Assembly: GCA_003221895.1 (NCBI GenBank)
Contig: QHUJ01000113.1
Span: 7,372 to 71,371 of the forward strand
Direction of reading: 5' to 3'
From: Gemmatimonadota bacterium
Lineage (GTDB): Bacteria > Gemmatimonadota > Gemmatimonadetes > Gemmatimonadales > GWC2-71-9
DNA: 64,000 bases
The notes beneath the pieces are model-generated. The model was not told where the DNA came from. It ran no database searches and saw only the letters and a program-made list of their open reading frames with translations. The position numbers and the translations under genes are program-made. Positions 45,358 through 53,941 of this stretch are shown here, in pieces (the first letter of the stretch is position 1; each line of letters starts with the position of its first letter).

Positions 45358-46539
45358 CTACTCGATGCTCGGCAACGCCCAAGCAAAACGGCTGAAGCCA
45401 TCCGTGCTGCCGCCGGCGCCCAGGTCAAACATCGTTCTGGTGCTGCTCGCGAACAGCGGCTGCGGAGTGACGAGGGTCGCGAAGGCGTGTGCCAGATCCC
45501 CGAACAGCGAGCGGCGTGACCCGAACGACGGTGAGAAATGCGGATCACAGCGGAGAAACGGCGCCGGGACGTTCACCAGCGCTAAGGGGTTCGAACCCTC
45601 GCCTAAGTCATCGGCCCGGAAGATCTCGATCCGATCCAAGATTGCGTGATCCAAAGCGAAGGCGGCCGCCGGTGGGCAGATGCCAACCGTCGCATTGTGA
45701 TCCGGATTGAAGGTACCGTCATTGTCGTTGACGCTGCCCAGCGGCGGGTCGGCGCGAAAATCATAGCAGCCGTTGTCGCTCGTCCCGGGTTCGCCAGGAT
45801 ATTCCGGCACCGTCAAGCCTGGAAGACAGAGGCCCTCGAATCGCTGGTCAACAGATTGGATCGTAATCGTGACCTCGTCATCCACGGCACCGGCCGGAAT
45901 GAACACGCCGGCATTCCCACTGAGGGTGACGATGAGCGTGTTCTTATCGGGCCGTGCGACTCCCTCGCCGCAGTCAGCACCGCCATCCGGGTCGCATGTG
46001 GCCCCCACCCCGATGAAGAACTGGATCGGGAGGGTGCGGTTATCGAGCAACGGAATGAATTCGTCAGTATCGACGTTCTTCAATTGCTTGCCGCTGCTCA
46101 CGACATCCACGTCCGCGTAACCCAGCGTAAGCGAAGGGAGTTTTGGCCCCACGTTCACCGTGACGCGATAGGTGCATTCCGCATGCAGATCATCCTGGTC
46201 GGTGTGCCAATCCACGCCGTAGTGCGCGTTGCTCACCGTGATGTCCGACCCCGCGAACGTCCGCACGGTGTTACCGGCGTGACAGTTGGTCGATGGGTCG
46301 CCAGACGGTCCCTGGTCGGTGATGGTCACGATCGGACGAAGGTTCCGCGAAAACGTTTGACTCGATGGAGCCTGCTGACTGACCGTCGGCGGGAGCCAGA
46401 AGAAGAAGTCGTTCCCACCGAGATGATTCGCATCCTGGATCTCTGCCGAGGGTCCGGGCGGCAATGCCCGATCTGCGCGACACCCGACGACAGCGACGAC
46501 GACGACGAGAGACAGGAAGCCAATGCGTTGCATAGGCAC
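45358..46539 (-). CDS. Cys-rich lipoprotein of unknown family, paralog 2
   Basis: Lipobox VVVAVVGC. GGGAGG Shine-Dalgarno before the ATG. Conserved blocks as listed for 43500..45101. Conserved Cys positions: CTYR, G.TCD...DCGEG, CLPGL, NGCYDF, VGICPP, FLRCDP. Confidence 0.7.
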   Translation of the reverse strand: MPMQRIGFLSLVVVVAVVGCRADRALPPGPSAEIQDANHLGGNDFFFWLPPTVSQQAPSSQTFSRNLRPIVTITDQGPSGDPSTNCHAGNTVRTFAGSDITVSNAHYGVDWHTDQDDLHAECTYRVTVNVGPKLPSLTLGYADVDVVSSGKQLKNVDTDEFIPLLDNRTLPIQFFIGVGATCDPDGGADCGEGVARPDKNTLIVTLSGNAGVFIPAGAVDDEVTITIQSVDQRFEGLCLPGLTVPEYPGEPGTSDNGCYDFRADPPLGSVNDNDGTFNPDHNATVGICPPAAAFALDHAILDRIEIFRADDLGEGSNPLALVNVPAPFLRCDPHFSPSFGSRRSLFGDLAHAFATLVTPQPLFASSTRTMFDLGAGGSTDGFSRFAWALPSIE

Positions 46540-46674
46540 CTCCCAGTTGGGGCCCGGTCCAACCCCCAGCTGGACGGTGGTCTGGATGGTTGCGGCGGCC
46601 TGCGTTGACGGCTGAAAAACGCTTCCTGAACAGGTAATAGACGCTTTACGGGCGACTCGTCAAGAAGTGAGCCA

Positions 46675-49185
46675 CTACGAATGCGGCCGGGCAAGCGCCT
46701 GGAAGCCTGGGTGCTTCTGCAGGTCCCACCACCACCAAAAGACGTCACCACCGACGCGGAAGGAGTGCTCCGGATTCGCGGCTACGTAGCGCTGCAGCAA
46801 GCGGATAGCCTCATCCTGCTCGCCCAGCAGCGTGCGCACAAACGCCTCCATGGCTACGAGGTCATGCTCGGGGTCGAGCTCCGGCGTCCCCTTGGAACGG
46901 TCGATGACATGGTGGGTGCTGTCCGGCAAGCCGGCTCGCGCGATTGTTGCCGCCACCATCATCTGTTCTCGCAGATGGATCGTCGGTCGCCGCGGCGGCG
47001 GCGCGAGAGAGTCGATCCCTGCGAGTAGGCGCCACGCCCGTGGCACATCCGGCGGCTCCAACCGGGTCATCATGTAGAGCTGGCACTCGAGGAACCGGAA
47101 GTCCTGTGGAAAGCGCCTCGCTCCTTCCTGACACCAGCGCTGGGCCTGGCGCTGCTGATCGAGGTCATAGGAAGCGAAGAACAGGCGGTAGAGAATGTCC
47201 GGTGCGTTGCTCAAATAAGCGTCTTCTTCGTATGCTCGCCGGGCCGCGAGTGCCGCGCCCTGCAAGTCTTTGGTCTGATAGTACAGGCTGCTCAAGGTGG
47301 CGTACGCGCTTGCCAACGTCGGGTCGAGCGTGGTGGCGCGCTCGAGATCTTTGCGGGCGTCGTCGAGCAAGGCAGCAGCCTGCTCCGGATCTGACGGCCG
47401 GGCAAGTTGCCAGCGCCGGTAGCGCAGAGTACCCCGCAACTCAAGAGCACGGGGATCTTCCGGCGCCAGCCTGAGGGCTCGGGCGGCGTGTCCCAGCCCC
47501 TCGTCGATCAGCCCGGCCGCTCGGGTCAGTCGGACGCGTCGCTCGCTGAGCTGCCCCCGCATGATGATCGGATCGTCCCAGCGAGGGTCAGCGCGCTCGG
47601 CAGCCGCCAAGGCGGAGTCGGCGCGAGTGAACAGGGCGGTCGCGCTATCCATCTTGCTGGCGAGCACCGCGCTCTCCGCGTTTTTCCGGTAGCGCTCGGC
47701 CTGCTGCAAGGCGGTCCACGCCGCGATGTTTTTCGTTCCAGCGCGTTCCTCGCGGAGCCGCACTTCCTCGCCGAGCCGTTCGCGGAGCACGCGTGCGACC
47801 TCGGCGGCGAGGGAATCGCGAATGCCCAGCAGATTCGCGGACGGCTGTTCGATGGCACGACGCAGCAGATCCGCCCCGCTCGCTCCCTCGACCAGCCGGA
47901 TGGTGACACGCACACGGTCGCGCACGGGCTCGACGCTGCCCTCGACGAGCGTTCCCGCGCTGAGCGCGCGGGCGATGCTGTCTCGAGGCAGGTCGGAGTG
48001 CCGGAACGGAGTGACGCCGTTGCGTGAGACGACGTCGAGCGTGCGGACTTCCGCGAGCTGATCGATGAGACCTTCGGTGAGCCCGTCCGCCAGCACGCCG
48101 AGAGACGTGTCCGGACTGAGATCCTGGAAATACAATACCGCCACGCGACGCATATCCATCGCGCCAGCCCCCTCCGTGGGTCGGCCCCCCGCGGTCCCGC
48201 GTGGTCCGAACACGAGCCAGGCTACGGCGAGCACCGCGAGCACTCCAAGGCCGGTCCCGATGGTGGCAGGCCTACGCCACCAGGTTGCGCGGGAGCGCCG
48301 CCGTGCCGCGGTCACGCGCGAGACGTGTCCGGTGCTTGCCGCCGTGAGCGCCTGGGCGAATTCTCCGGATGTTTGATAGCGATCGGCCGGGACTTTCTCG
48401 AGCGCGCGCTCGATTACCACTTCGAGCTCGTCGGGAATCGCGTCGCGCACGATCTTGAGCCGGGGCACGGCGTCGAGGGAGTGCCGCGCCATGATCGCCT
48501 GCGCGGTGGGACCGGTGAATGGCGGTTGACCAGCGAGCGTCTCGTACAGCACGCACGCGAGACTGTAGATGTCGCTGCGCCGGTCGACCTGGCCCGAGCC
48601 GGACGCCTGCTCGGGCGGCATGTACGCCGGCGTCCCGATCGCGAGCCCTGTTTGCGTCAGCTTGTCGCCACCCGCCGCGCTCACGGCGCGCGCGATCCCG
48701 AAGTCCGTCACGATCGCGTGGCCGCCCGAGAGCATGATGTTCTCTGGTTTGATGTCGCGATGCACGACGTCGTGGCTGTGCGCGTACGCGAGCGCCTCGG
48801 CGACTTCCTTAGTGATCTGGAGCGCGTCGTCCACCGGCAGCTGCGGCTCGCGTTGCAGCCGCTCGCGTAAGGATTCCCCTTCGACGAACGGCATCACGTA
48901 GTACAGCGTCCCACCCGCGTCGCCTGAGTCGTACACGGGCAGGATGTTGGGATGTTGTAACCGAGCAGCGAGCTTGATTTCGCGCAGGAATCGCTCGCGG
49001 CCGAGTGCGATCGCGATCTCGGGACGCAGTGTCTTGAGGGCGACGAAGCGCTCGTGGCGCGTGTCGCGCGCGAGATAGACGAGCGCCATCCCGCCACGGC
49101 CCAGCTCGCGATCGATGATGTAGTGTGACGGCAGCGCGGCGTTCAGTACTGCAAAAGCATCCTGGGGCGGAGTGGGGTCAGTCAC
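46675..49185 (-). CDS. Ser/Thr protein kinase with TM segment, TolB-like juxtamembrane domain and C-terminal TPR array
   Basis: Kinase motifs GRGGMALVYLARD, VALKTL, HRDIKPENIML, DFGIARA, GTPAYMPPEQ. TM segment ATIGTGLGVLAVLAVAWLVF. RVAVLYFQDLSPDTSLGVLADGLTEGLIDQLAEVRTLDVVSRN is a TolB-N-like module. About 400 aa of TPR-like helices follow. Confidence 0.9.
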   Translation of the reverse strand: MTDPTPPQDAFAVLNAALPSHYIIDRELGRGGMALVYLARDTRHERFVALKTLRPEIAIALGRERFLREIKLAARLQHPNILPVYDSGDAGGTLYYVMPFVEGESLRERLQREPQLPVDDALQITKEVAEALAYAHSHDVVHRDIKPENIMLSGGHAIVTDFGIARAVSAAGGDKLTQTGLAIGTPAYMPPEQASGSGQVDRRSDIYSLACVLYETLAGQPPFTGPTAQAIMARHSLDAVPRLKIVRDAIPDELEVVIERALEKVPADRYQTSGEFAQALTAASTGHVSRVTAARRRSRATWWRRPATIGTGLGVLAVLAVAWLVFGPRGTAGGRPTEGAGAMDMRRVAVLYFQDLSPDTSLGVLADGLTEGLIDQLAEVRTLDVVSRNGVTPFRHSDLPRDSIARALSAGTLVEGSVEPVRDRVRVTIRLVEGASGADLLRRAIEQPSANLLGIRDSLAAEVARVLRERLGEEVRLREERAGTKNIAAWTALQQAERYRKNAESAVLASKMDSATALFTRADSALAAAERADPRWDDPIIMRGQLSERRVRLTRAAGLIDEGLGHAARALRLAPEDPRALELRGTLRYRRWQLARPSDPEQAAALLDDARKDLERATTLDPTLASAYATLSSLYYQTKDLQGAALAARRAYEEDAYLSNAPDILYRLFFASYDLDQQRQAQRWCQEGARRFPQDFRFLECQLYMMTRLEPPDVPRAWRLLAGIDSLAPPPRRPTIHLREQMMVAATIARAGLPDSTHHVIDRSKGTPELDPEHDLVAMEAFVRTLLGEQDEAIRLLQRYVAANPEHSFRVGGDVFWWWWDLQKHPGFQALARPHS

Positions 49186-49711
49186 TGGGATAACGATAGT
49201 TCTGACGGACTTGAAGGGCGAGCACCCGCGGTAAGTCGGTCAGCCGCGCCGCCGCCCAGCGCCGGTCGACGCCGATCAGCACGCGTCCCGTCCCGGCTTC
49301 GATCACGATCATCTGCACCCGGACCGAATCGTTGCGGTTCGCGACAGAATCGAGGCGGCCATAGAGCGCGAGGCCGGCGCTGGTGCGGCGGGCCAGCTCC
49401 ACGGCGGCGATCTCAGGCCGCGACTGTCCCTGCCACCGCTCCCGCACGACCGCCTGAGAGATGGCCGACAGCGGCGGCAGGCTGTCGAGTTGAGCAGTGA
49501 CGCCTTCGGCCAGCCGCACCCGCCAGGCTTCCAGGCCGGGGATGAAGATGTCGAAGGGCGCCACGGCGACAACCAGAGGATTGGGTTTGTGGTGACGCGC
49601 GTAGCGGACGAAGCTGACCGCGCCAAGGGCCATCAGACCGACCACGAGGACCGAGAATGCGATCAGCAGGCGACGTGATCGTGCCGCGCGCGAATTATCT
49701 GGTGCCGTCAT
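49178..49711 (-). CDS. Membrane-anchored protein with TolB-like domain (similar to the kinase juxtamembrane domain)
   Basis: From the ATG at 49711. TM segment LLIAFSVLVVGLMALGAVSFV. VVAVAPFDIFIPGLEAWRVRLAEGVTAQLDSLPPLSAISQ...LALYGRLDS...VRVQMIVIEAGTGRVL parallels RVAVLYFQDLS...LVEGSVEP...VRVTIRLVEGASGADL in the kinase. 8-nt overlap with the kinase start. Confidence 0.55.
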   Translation of the reverse strand: MTAPDNSRAARSRRLLIAFSVLVVGLMALGAVSFVRYARHHKPNPLVVAVAPFDIFIPGLEAWRVRLAEGVTAQLDSLPPLSAISQAVVRERWQGQSRPEIAAVELARRTSAGLALYGRLDSVANRNDSVRVQMIVIEAGTGRVLIGVDRRWAAARLTDLPRVLALQVRQNYRYPSD

Positions 49712-49865
49712 GGCGGACCCTCCACGCACGAGAATGAACTCCGAAAACGCGGGACGCAACCGCAGCTTTTTGAGTGGCCCATACAGCGAAAAGACACCGG
49801 CTGACGTGACGCAGTGCGACCTCGCGGTGACCGTGGGTTGAAAGGGCGCGGTTACCGTTCGGGCC

Positions 49866-50726
49866 ATGGTCACCGTCTGCACGGTTCTTCCCGCCCCCGA
49901 GCGCCCGCGCATCGATGCCGCGGGCGACGGCTGCTTCCAGACGCTGCACACCGATTCACTGCGCGAAGCGCTACAGGTGGCCCGGCGGCGTCGTGTTGAT
50001 GCCGTCGTCATATCGGTGCACCACTGTCACGGAGAAGCGCTGCCGGCCGTCGCCCGCTTTGTGCGGGAATTCCCTGCGATCCCCGCCGTGGCACTCGTTT
50101 CCCGGCATGACCGGGAAGCGACCGAAACATTGCTTCGCCTCGGCGCCACCGGCGTGCGCACGGCGGTGGATTGCACCGAGCCCGACGGCTGGCGGCGGCT
50201 TCGCGACCTGGTGGGGCATCCGGCGTCGCCGGTTGCGGCGCGCATTCTCGCCCCGCTCGTCCCTGCCCTCGGTCAACCGTCCGAGGAGGCGCGCCTGTTC
50301 TTCGAGGCCATCGCGCGCCTGGCACCGGCGCTCAGTACGGTTCGCAGCCTCGCGCGTCATCTCCGCGTCCGGCCGAGCACACTGATGTCGCGCTTTTGCC
50401 GTGCGGGCCTGCCATCTCCCAAGAGTTATCTCGCGGGAATGCGATTACTCCACGCCGCGTTCCTGTTCCAGAATCCCGGGCTGTCAGTATCGGATGTGGC
50501 GTACCGCATGGATTACTCGTCGCCACAGAGTTTCGGTCGGCACTTGCGCGCGGTTCTCGGCGTGACCGCCGGAGAGTTTCGCCGCCGCTTTCCGTTCGAT
50601 GTGGCGCTGGCGCGCTACATCGACCTGTTGATCATCCCGTACCGGGAAACCCTGCGCGCGTTTCACCCCTTCAATGCGGGGTCGTGGGACCAAGGCCCAA
50701 ACGGCGCAGTGGTTTCCCGGGTTTAA
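49866..50726 (+). CDS. AraC-family transcriptional regulator with receiver-like N-terminal domain
   Basis: The C-terminus SVSDVAYRMDYSSPQSFGRHLRAVLGVTAGEFRR is an AraC HTH. The N-terminal ~120 aa have a (beta-alpha)5 CheY-like pattern (VDAVVISV, AVALVS) but lack a clear acidic pocket and Lys. Confidence 0.7.
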   Translation: MVTVCTVLPAPERPRIDAAGDGCFQTLHTDSLREALQVARRRRVDAVVISVHHCHGEALPAVARFVREFPAIPAVALVSRHDREATETLLRLGATGVRTAVDCTEPDGWRRLRDLVGHPASPVAARILAPLVPALGQPSEEARLFFEAIARLAPALSTVRSLARHLRVRPSTLMSRFCRAGLPSPKSYLAGMRLLHAAFLFQNPGLSVSDVAYRMDYSSPQSFGRHLRAVLGVTAGEFRRRFPFDVALARYIDLLIIPYRETLRAFHPFNAGSWDQGPNGAVVSRV

Positions 50727-50733
50727 CCGGTTC

Positions 50734-52416
50734 CTAATCGGCGGCGTGATCGATGGTACGCTGCTCGCGCCGCAGCATCGAGAAGCGCGCCATGCCGGCC
50801 CGGAGCCGCTCCGCCAGCTGCGCGAGCTGCTGAGAGGTCGCTGTCAGCTCACCCATCGAGGTGATCTGCGCCTCCGTGGCCGCCGCCGTACTGTTGGCAC
50901 TTTCTGAGGAAGCTGTCGAGATACTGGCGACTTGCTGTAACGATTGTGCCAGCTCGGCCAGCCGCGCCGCCTGACTGCGAGAGACCTCGGCCGTGGCGTT
51001 GACCAGATCGCCCATCAGCTGCACCCCCTGGTGGAGCTCCTGCAACGCCCCGTCGGCTTCGGCGGCCACCGCGCCGATGTCCCGCACTTTCGCTTCGCCG
51101 GACTGCATCGCCCGCGCCGCGGCTTCGATCCCGGTCCGCAACTCGCTCACCAGCTCCGCGACTTCGCGAGCTGACTTCCCCGCCTCGGCCGCAAGCGCGC
51201 GCACTTCGTCGGCGACCACGGCAAAACCCTCGCCGTGCTCCTCCGCGCGCGCCGCCTCGATCGCGGCGTTCAGCGCCAGCAAGTGCGTTTGACGCGCGAT
51301 CCGCGCGATCGTCTGCGCGAACACACCGATGCGCTCGGACATCCCTGACAGGCCGGCGACGGTTGACGCCGTCGCGCGCACCTCTTCGCCGACGGCGCGC
51401 AGCGTCGCGCTGGCGCGCGCCACGCGCTCTCGTCCCCGCTCCGCCGCGCTCACGAGGCGCGACGCGTCGACCTGCATCAGCTCGGCGCGCACGCGCAATG
51501 ACTCTGCCTGATCGGCGGCTTTGGCGCTTTCCCCGCGCGCGCCGTCGGCGAGGCCGCGCTGCTGACTGAGGTCGCCGGCGAGTCCTTGTGAAGTCTGGGT
51601 CAGTGACTCAGTCGTGGCGTGCAGCTGTTGCGCTGCTGCCGCCAGCTCTTCAGCGAACGCGGCCACTTCATCGGCTTCGCGCTGCACCGAGGAAATCGTC
51701 GCGCCGATCTCCTCGAGCATTCTGTTGAAGCTCTTCTCGAGAAAGCCGAGCTCGTCCGCTTCAGCGGCGGATGCCCGCACCGCCAGGTATCCCTGCTCTG
51801 CTTCTCCCATTACGCTGCGCGCGTGGCGAATTCGCTGAATGAGCGTTGCGGGAATTCGCTTGAGCGCCATCGCGACGACGATGAACACGCCGGTCTCGAG
51901 GTATGCCGCCGTGTCGAGGCCGGAGGCCCCGGGGTAGAGCTGGCCGTGCAACCAGCTCGCGAGCAGATAGCCGAGTGAGGCGACGAGGACGAGAAAGTCA
52001 CCGACCGCTTGCCCTTGATCGAACGCGTAGGGAAGCACGGCGATGAACAACGCCGCCACGACGCCGCCATGCCCAAGCCACACCACCAGCACATTCACGA
52101 GGGCGACGTCGAGCAGCGCGAGCAGGTAGATGAACCACCAGCGGTACCAGCCGCGCTCGTTGATTAGGCCGAGGATGGCATTGACCACCGCGCCGGCCCC
52201 TGCGATCAACACGAAGGTGCCGAGACGAGTTTGAACCAGACCGGCCAGCTTCCCGAGGACCCCGAGCAGCAGCAACGCCGCGGCGATAGCCCAACGACGG
52301 CGGTGACTGCGCTCGAAGGTTTCGAGATCCTTAAACCGTTGCTCGAGCGCGGTCGCCTCGTCCTGCCAGCCGCGGACCCGGGCAGCGAAAGAGGGGCGGC
52401 GTGAGGGCAGGGTCAC
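50734..52416 (-). CDS. Methyl-accepting chemotaxis protein (multi-TM N-terminus, HAMP, MA domain)
   Basis: [47 protein letters not shown] is the MCP signalling hairpin. [13 protein letters not shown] is HAMP. About 5 TM helices, with no periplasmic ligand domain. GTGA overlap with the pyrE stop. Confidence 0.9.
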   Translation of the reverse strand: MTLPSRRPSFAARVRGWQDEATALEQRFKDLETFERSHRRRWAIAAALLLLGVLGKLAGLVQTRLGTFVLIAGAGAVVNAILGLINERGWYRWWFIYLLALLDVALVNVLVVWLGHGGVVAALFIAVLPYAFDQGQAVGDFLVLVASLGYLLASWLHGQLYPGASGLDTAAYLETGVFIVVAMALKRIPATLIQRIRHARSVMGEAEQGYLAVRASAAEADELGFLEKSFNRMLEEIGATISSVQREADEVAAFAEELAAAAQQLHATTESLTQTSQGLAGDLSQQRGLADGARGESAKAADQAESLRVRAELMQVDASRLVSAAERGRERVARASATLRAVGEEVRATASTVAGLSGMSERIGVFAQTIARIARQTHLLALNAAIEAARAEEHGEGFAVVADEVRALAAEAGKSAREVAELVSELRTGIEAAARAMQSGEAKVRDIGAVAAEADGALQELHQGVQLMGDLVNATAEVSRSQAARLAELAQSLQQVASISTASSESANSTAAATEAQITSMGELTATSQQLAQLAERLRAGMARFSMLRREQRTIDHAAD

Positions 52417-52997
52417 CGGGCCAATGTCAAACCGAGGTCGGCGGCGGTGAGGAACGCTTCCACGAGATAGCCTGCGCGCTCGATCGCTTCACGGCCGCCC
52501 TCCTGGCGGTCGACCACCGCCATCACACCGAGCACATGCCCGCCCTCGGCTTCCACGGCGCGCACCGCGTCGAGTGCCGAGCGCCCTGTGGTGAGGACGT
52601 CTTCGACGACGACGACCGGGTAGCCTGACGCGAAGCAACCCTCGATGCGTTTCCCGGTCCCGTGGTTCTTGACCTGCTTGCGGACGGTGAAGGCGTCGAG
52701 CAGCTGCCCGCGGCCACGGGCCGTGAGAGCGAGGGCGTATGCGATCGGATCCGCGCCGAGCGTGAGTCCGCCGACGGAGCGGGGTGTCCAGCCCCGGGCT
52801 GCAAAGCGATCCAGGCCCAATCCGCCAATCACCGCGAGTCCGTCGCCCGACATCGTGGTGAGCCGCGCATCGACATAAAAGGAAGAGCGTTGCCCGGACG
52901 CGAGCAGGAAGTCACCGCGCCGCACCGAGCGCGTCAGGAGCAAATCCTTGAGCGTATTTAGTAGGTAGTAGTAGTCGCTACTACTATTCACTGTCAC
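52413..52997 (-). CDS. pyrE: Orotate phosphoribosyltransferase
   Basis: Contains [19 protein letters not shown] and the PRPP loop [17 protein letters not shown]. Start is uncertain: GTG at 52997 or 52991, or TTG at about 52943, which would leave the TAG/CTA hairpin untranslated. Confidence 0.88.
   Translation of the reverse strand: MTVNSSSDYYYLLNTLKDLLLTRSVRRGDFLLASGQRSSFYVDARLTTMSGDGLAVIGGLGLDRFAARGWTPRSVGGLTLGADPIAYALALTARGRGQLLDAFTVRKQVKNHGTGKRIEGCFASGYPVVVVEDVLTTGRSALDAVRAVEAEGGHVLGVMAVVDRQEGGREAIERAGYLVEAFLTAADLGLTLAR
52966..52986. repeat. TAGTAGTAG-TCG-CTACTACTA hairpin at the kinase/pyrE junction
   Basis: Perfect 9-bp stem with a 3-nt loop. On the minus strand the kinase ORF ends GAA TAG TAG TAG, three in-frame TAG codons. 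Same 9-mer pair as in the oriC AT-rich element. Confidence 0.7.
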
Positions 52998-53898
52998 GCT
53001 TGCCCACGATGTTTTTCAGCGTCCCGAGCCAGCCGCGCGACTTTGCGTCCCTGGACTGCGCGACCGCCGCTTCCAGCTCATCGGCAAAGGCGGTCACCGT
53101 GGGTTGCCGGTCGGCGGGGTGGCGCGCGAGCCCCTTCATCACGGCCGCTTCGAGCACAGGAGGGAACTTGGCGGCTTCGAGTGCTTCGGACAGCGGCACC
53201 GCTTTGCCGTTGAGGAGCTGCTGGAACAGCTCGCGCGGGCTGCGTCCTTGGTGAGGATTCTTTCCCGTGAGCATGTAGTACGTGATCTTGGCGAGGCTGT
53301 AGATGTCCGCGCGGCCGTCCACCAGCTCACCGGAGAGCGCCTCGGGAGCGACGTACTGTAATGTGCCGACGAAGAAGCCGGTGCGAGTCAGCCGCTCTTC
53401 TGGTGGCTGCTCCGCATCGCGCGCGATCCCGAAGTCAAGCAGCTTCACGGTGCGCGTCTGCGGATCGTACATGATGTTTTCCGGCTTGAGATCGCGATGG
53501 ATGATGCCGGCACTGTGCGCGGCGGCGAGCGCCTCGGCGAGTTGCCGCACGAGCGGCACAGCGTCGACCGGTGTGAGGGGCCCCTCCCGATGCAGGAAAT
53601 CGGCGAGCGACTCACCCTTGGCCCATTCGAGTGCGAGGTAGTACAGCCCGTCCGCCTCACCGAAGTCGTAGGTGCGGACCACGCCGGGGTGAACGACGCG
53701 GGAGCCGTAGCCCGCCTCGCGCAGGAAGCGCTTGACCACGATGGGGTCGCCCCTGAGCCGCTGCCGCAATACTTTGAACGCACAGGCGCCACGCGCGCCG
53801 TGCTCGGCGCGGTAGACCTCGGCCGTCCCTCCCTCGCCCACGCGCTCGAGGAGGCGGTAGCCGGCAATCGTCCTGCCGGCCAGGTTCTCGTTGGCCAT
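52984..53898 (-). CDS. Ser/Thr protein kinase, catalytic domain only (soluble)
   Basis: From the ATG at 53898 (MANENLAGRTIAGYRLLERVGEGGTAEVYRAEH). Contains HRDLKPENIMY, DFGIARD and GTLQYVAPEA. Confidence 0.85.
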   Translation of the reverse strand: MANENLAGRTIAGYRLLERVGEGGTAEVYRAEHGARGACAFKVLRQRLRGDPIVVKRFLREAGYGSRVVHPGVVRTYDFGEADGLYYLALEWAKGESLADFLHREGPLTPVDAVPLVRQLAEALAAAHSAGIIHRDLKPENIMYDPQTRTVKLLDFGIARDAEQPPEERLTRTGFFVGTLQYVAPEALSGELVDGRADIYSLAKITYYMLTGKNPHQGRSPRELFQQLLNGKAVPLSEALEAAKFPPVLEAAVMKGLARHPADRQPTVTAFADELEAAVAQSRDAKSRGWLGTLKNIVGKRDSE

Positions 53899-53941
53899 TG
53901 GGGTTGGCGCGAAACTAACTTCCAGTTTTGAGGCTCGGCAA

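Noticed and set aside
45585-45615. GGGGTTCGAACCCTC, resembling a tRNA T-arm
   Set aside because: It lies inside the paralog-2 coding frame (…GEGSNPLALVNV…). No acceptor, D or anticodon arms can be drawn around it. It is just a palindrome.
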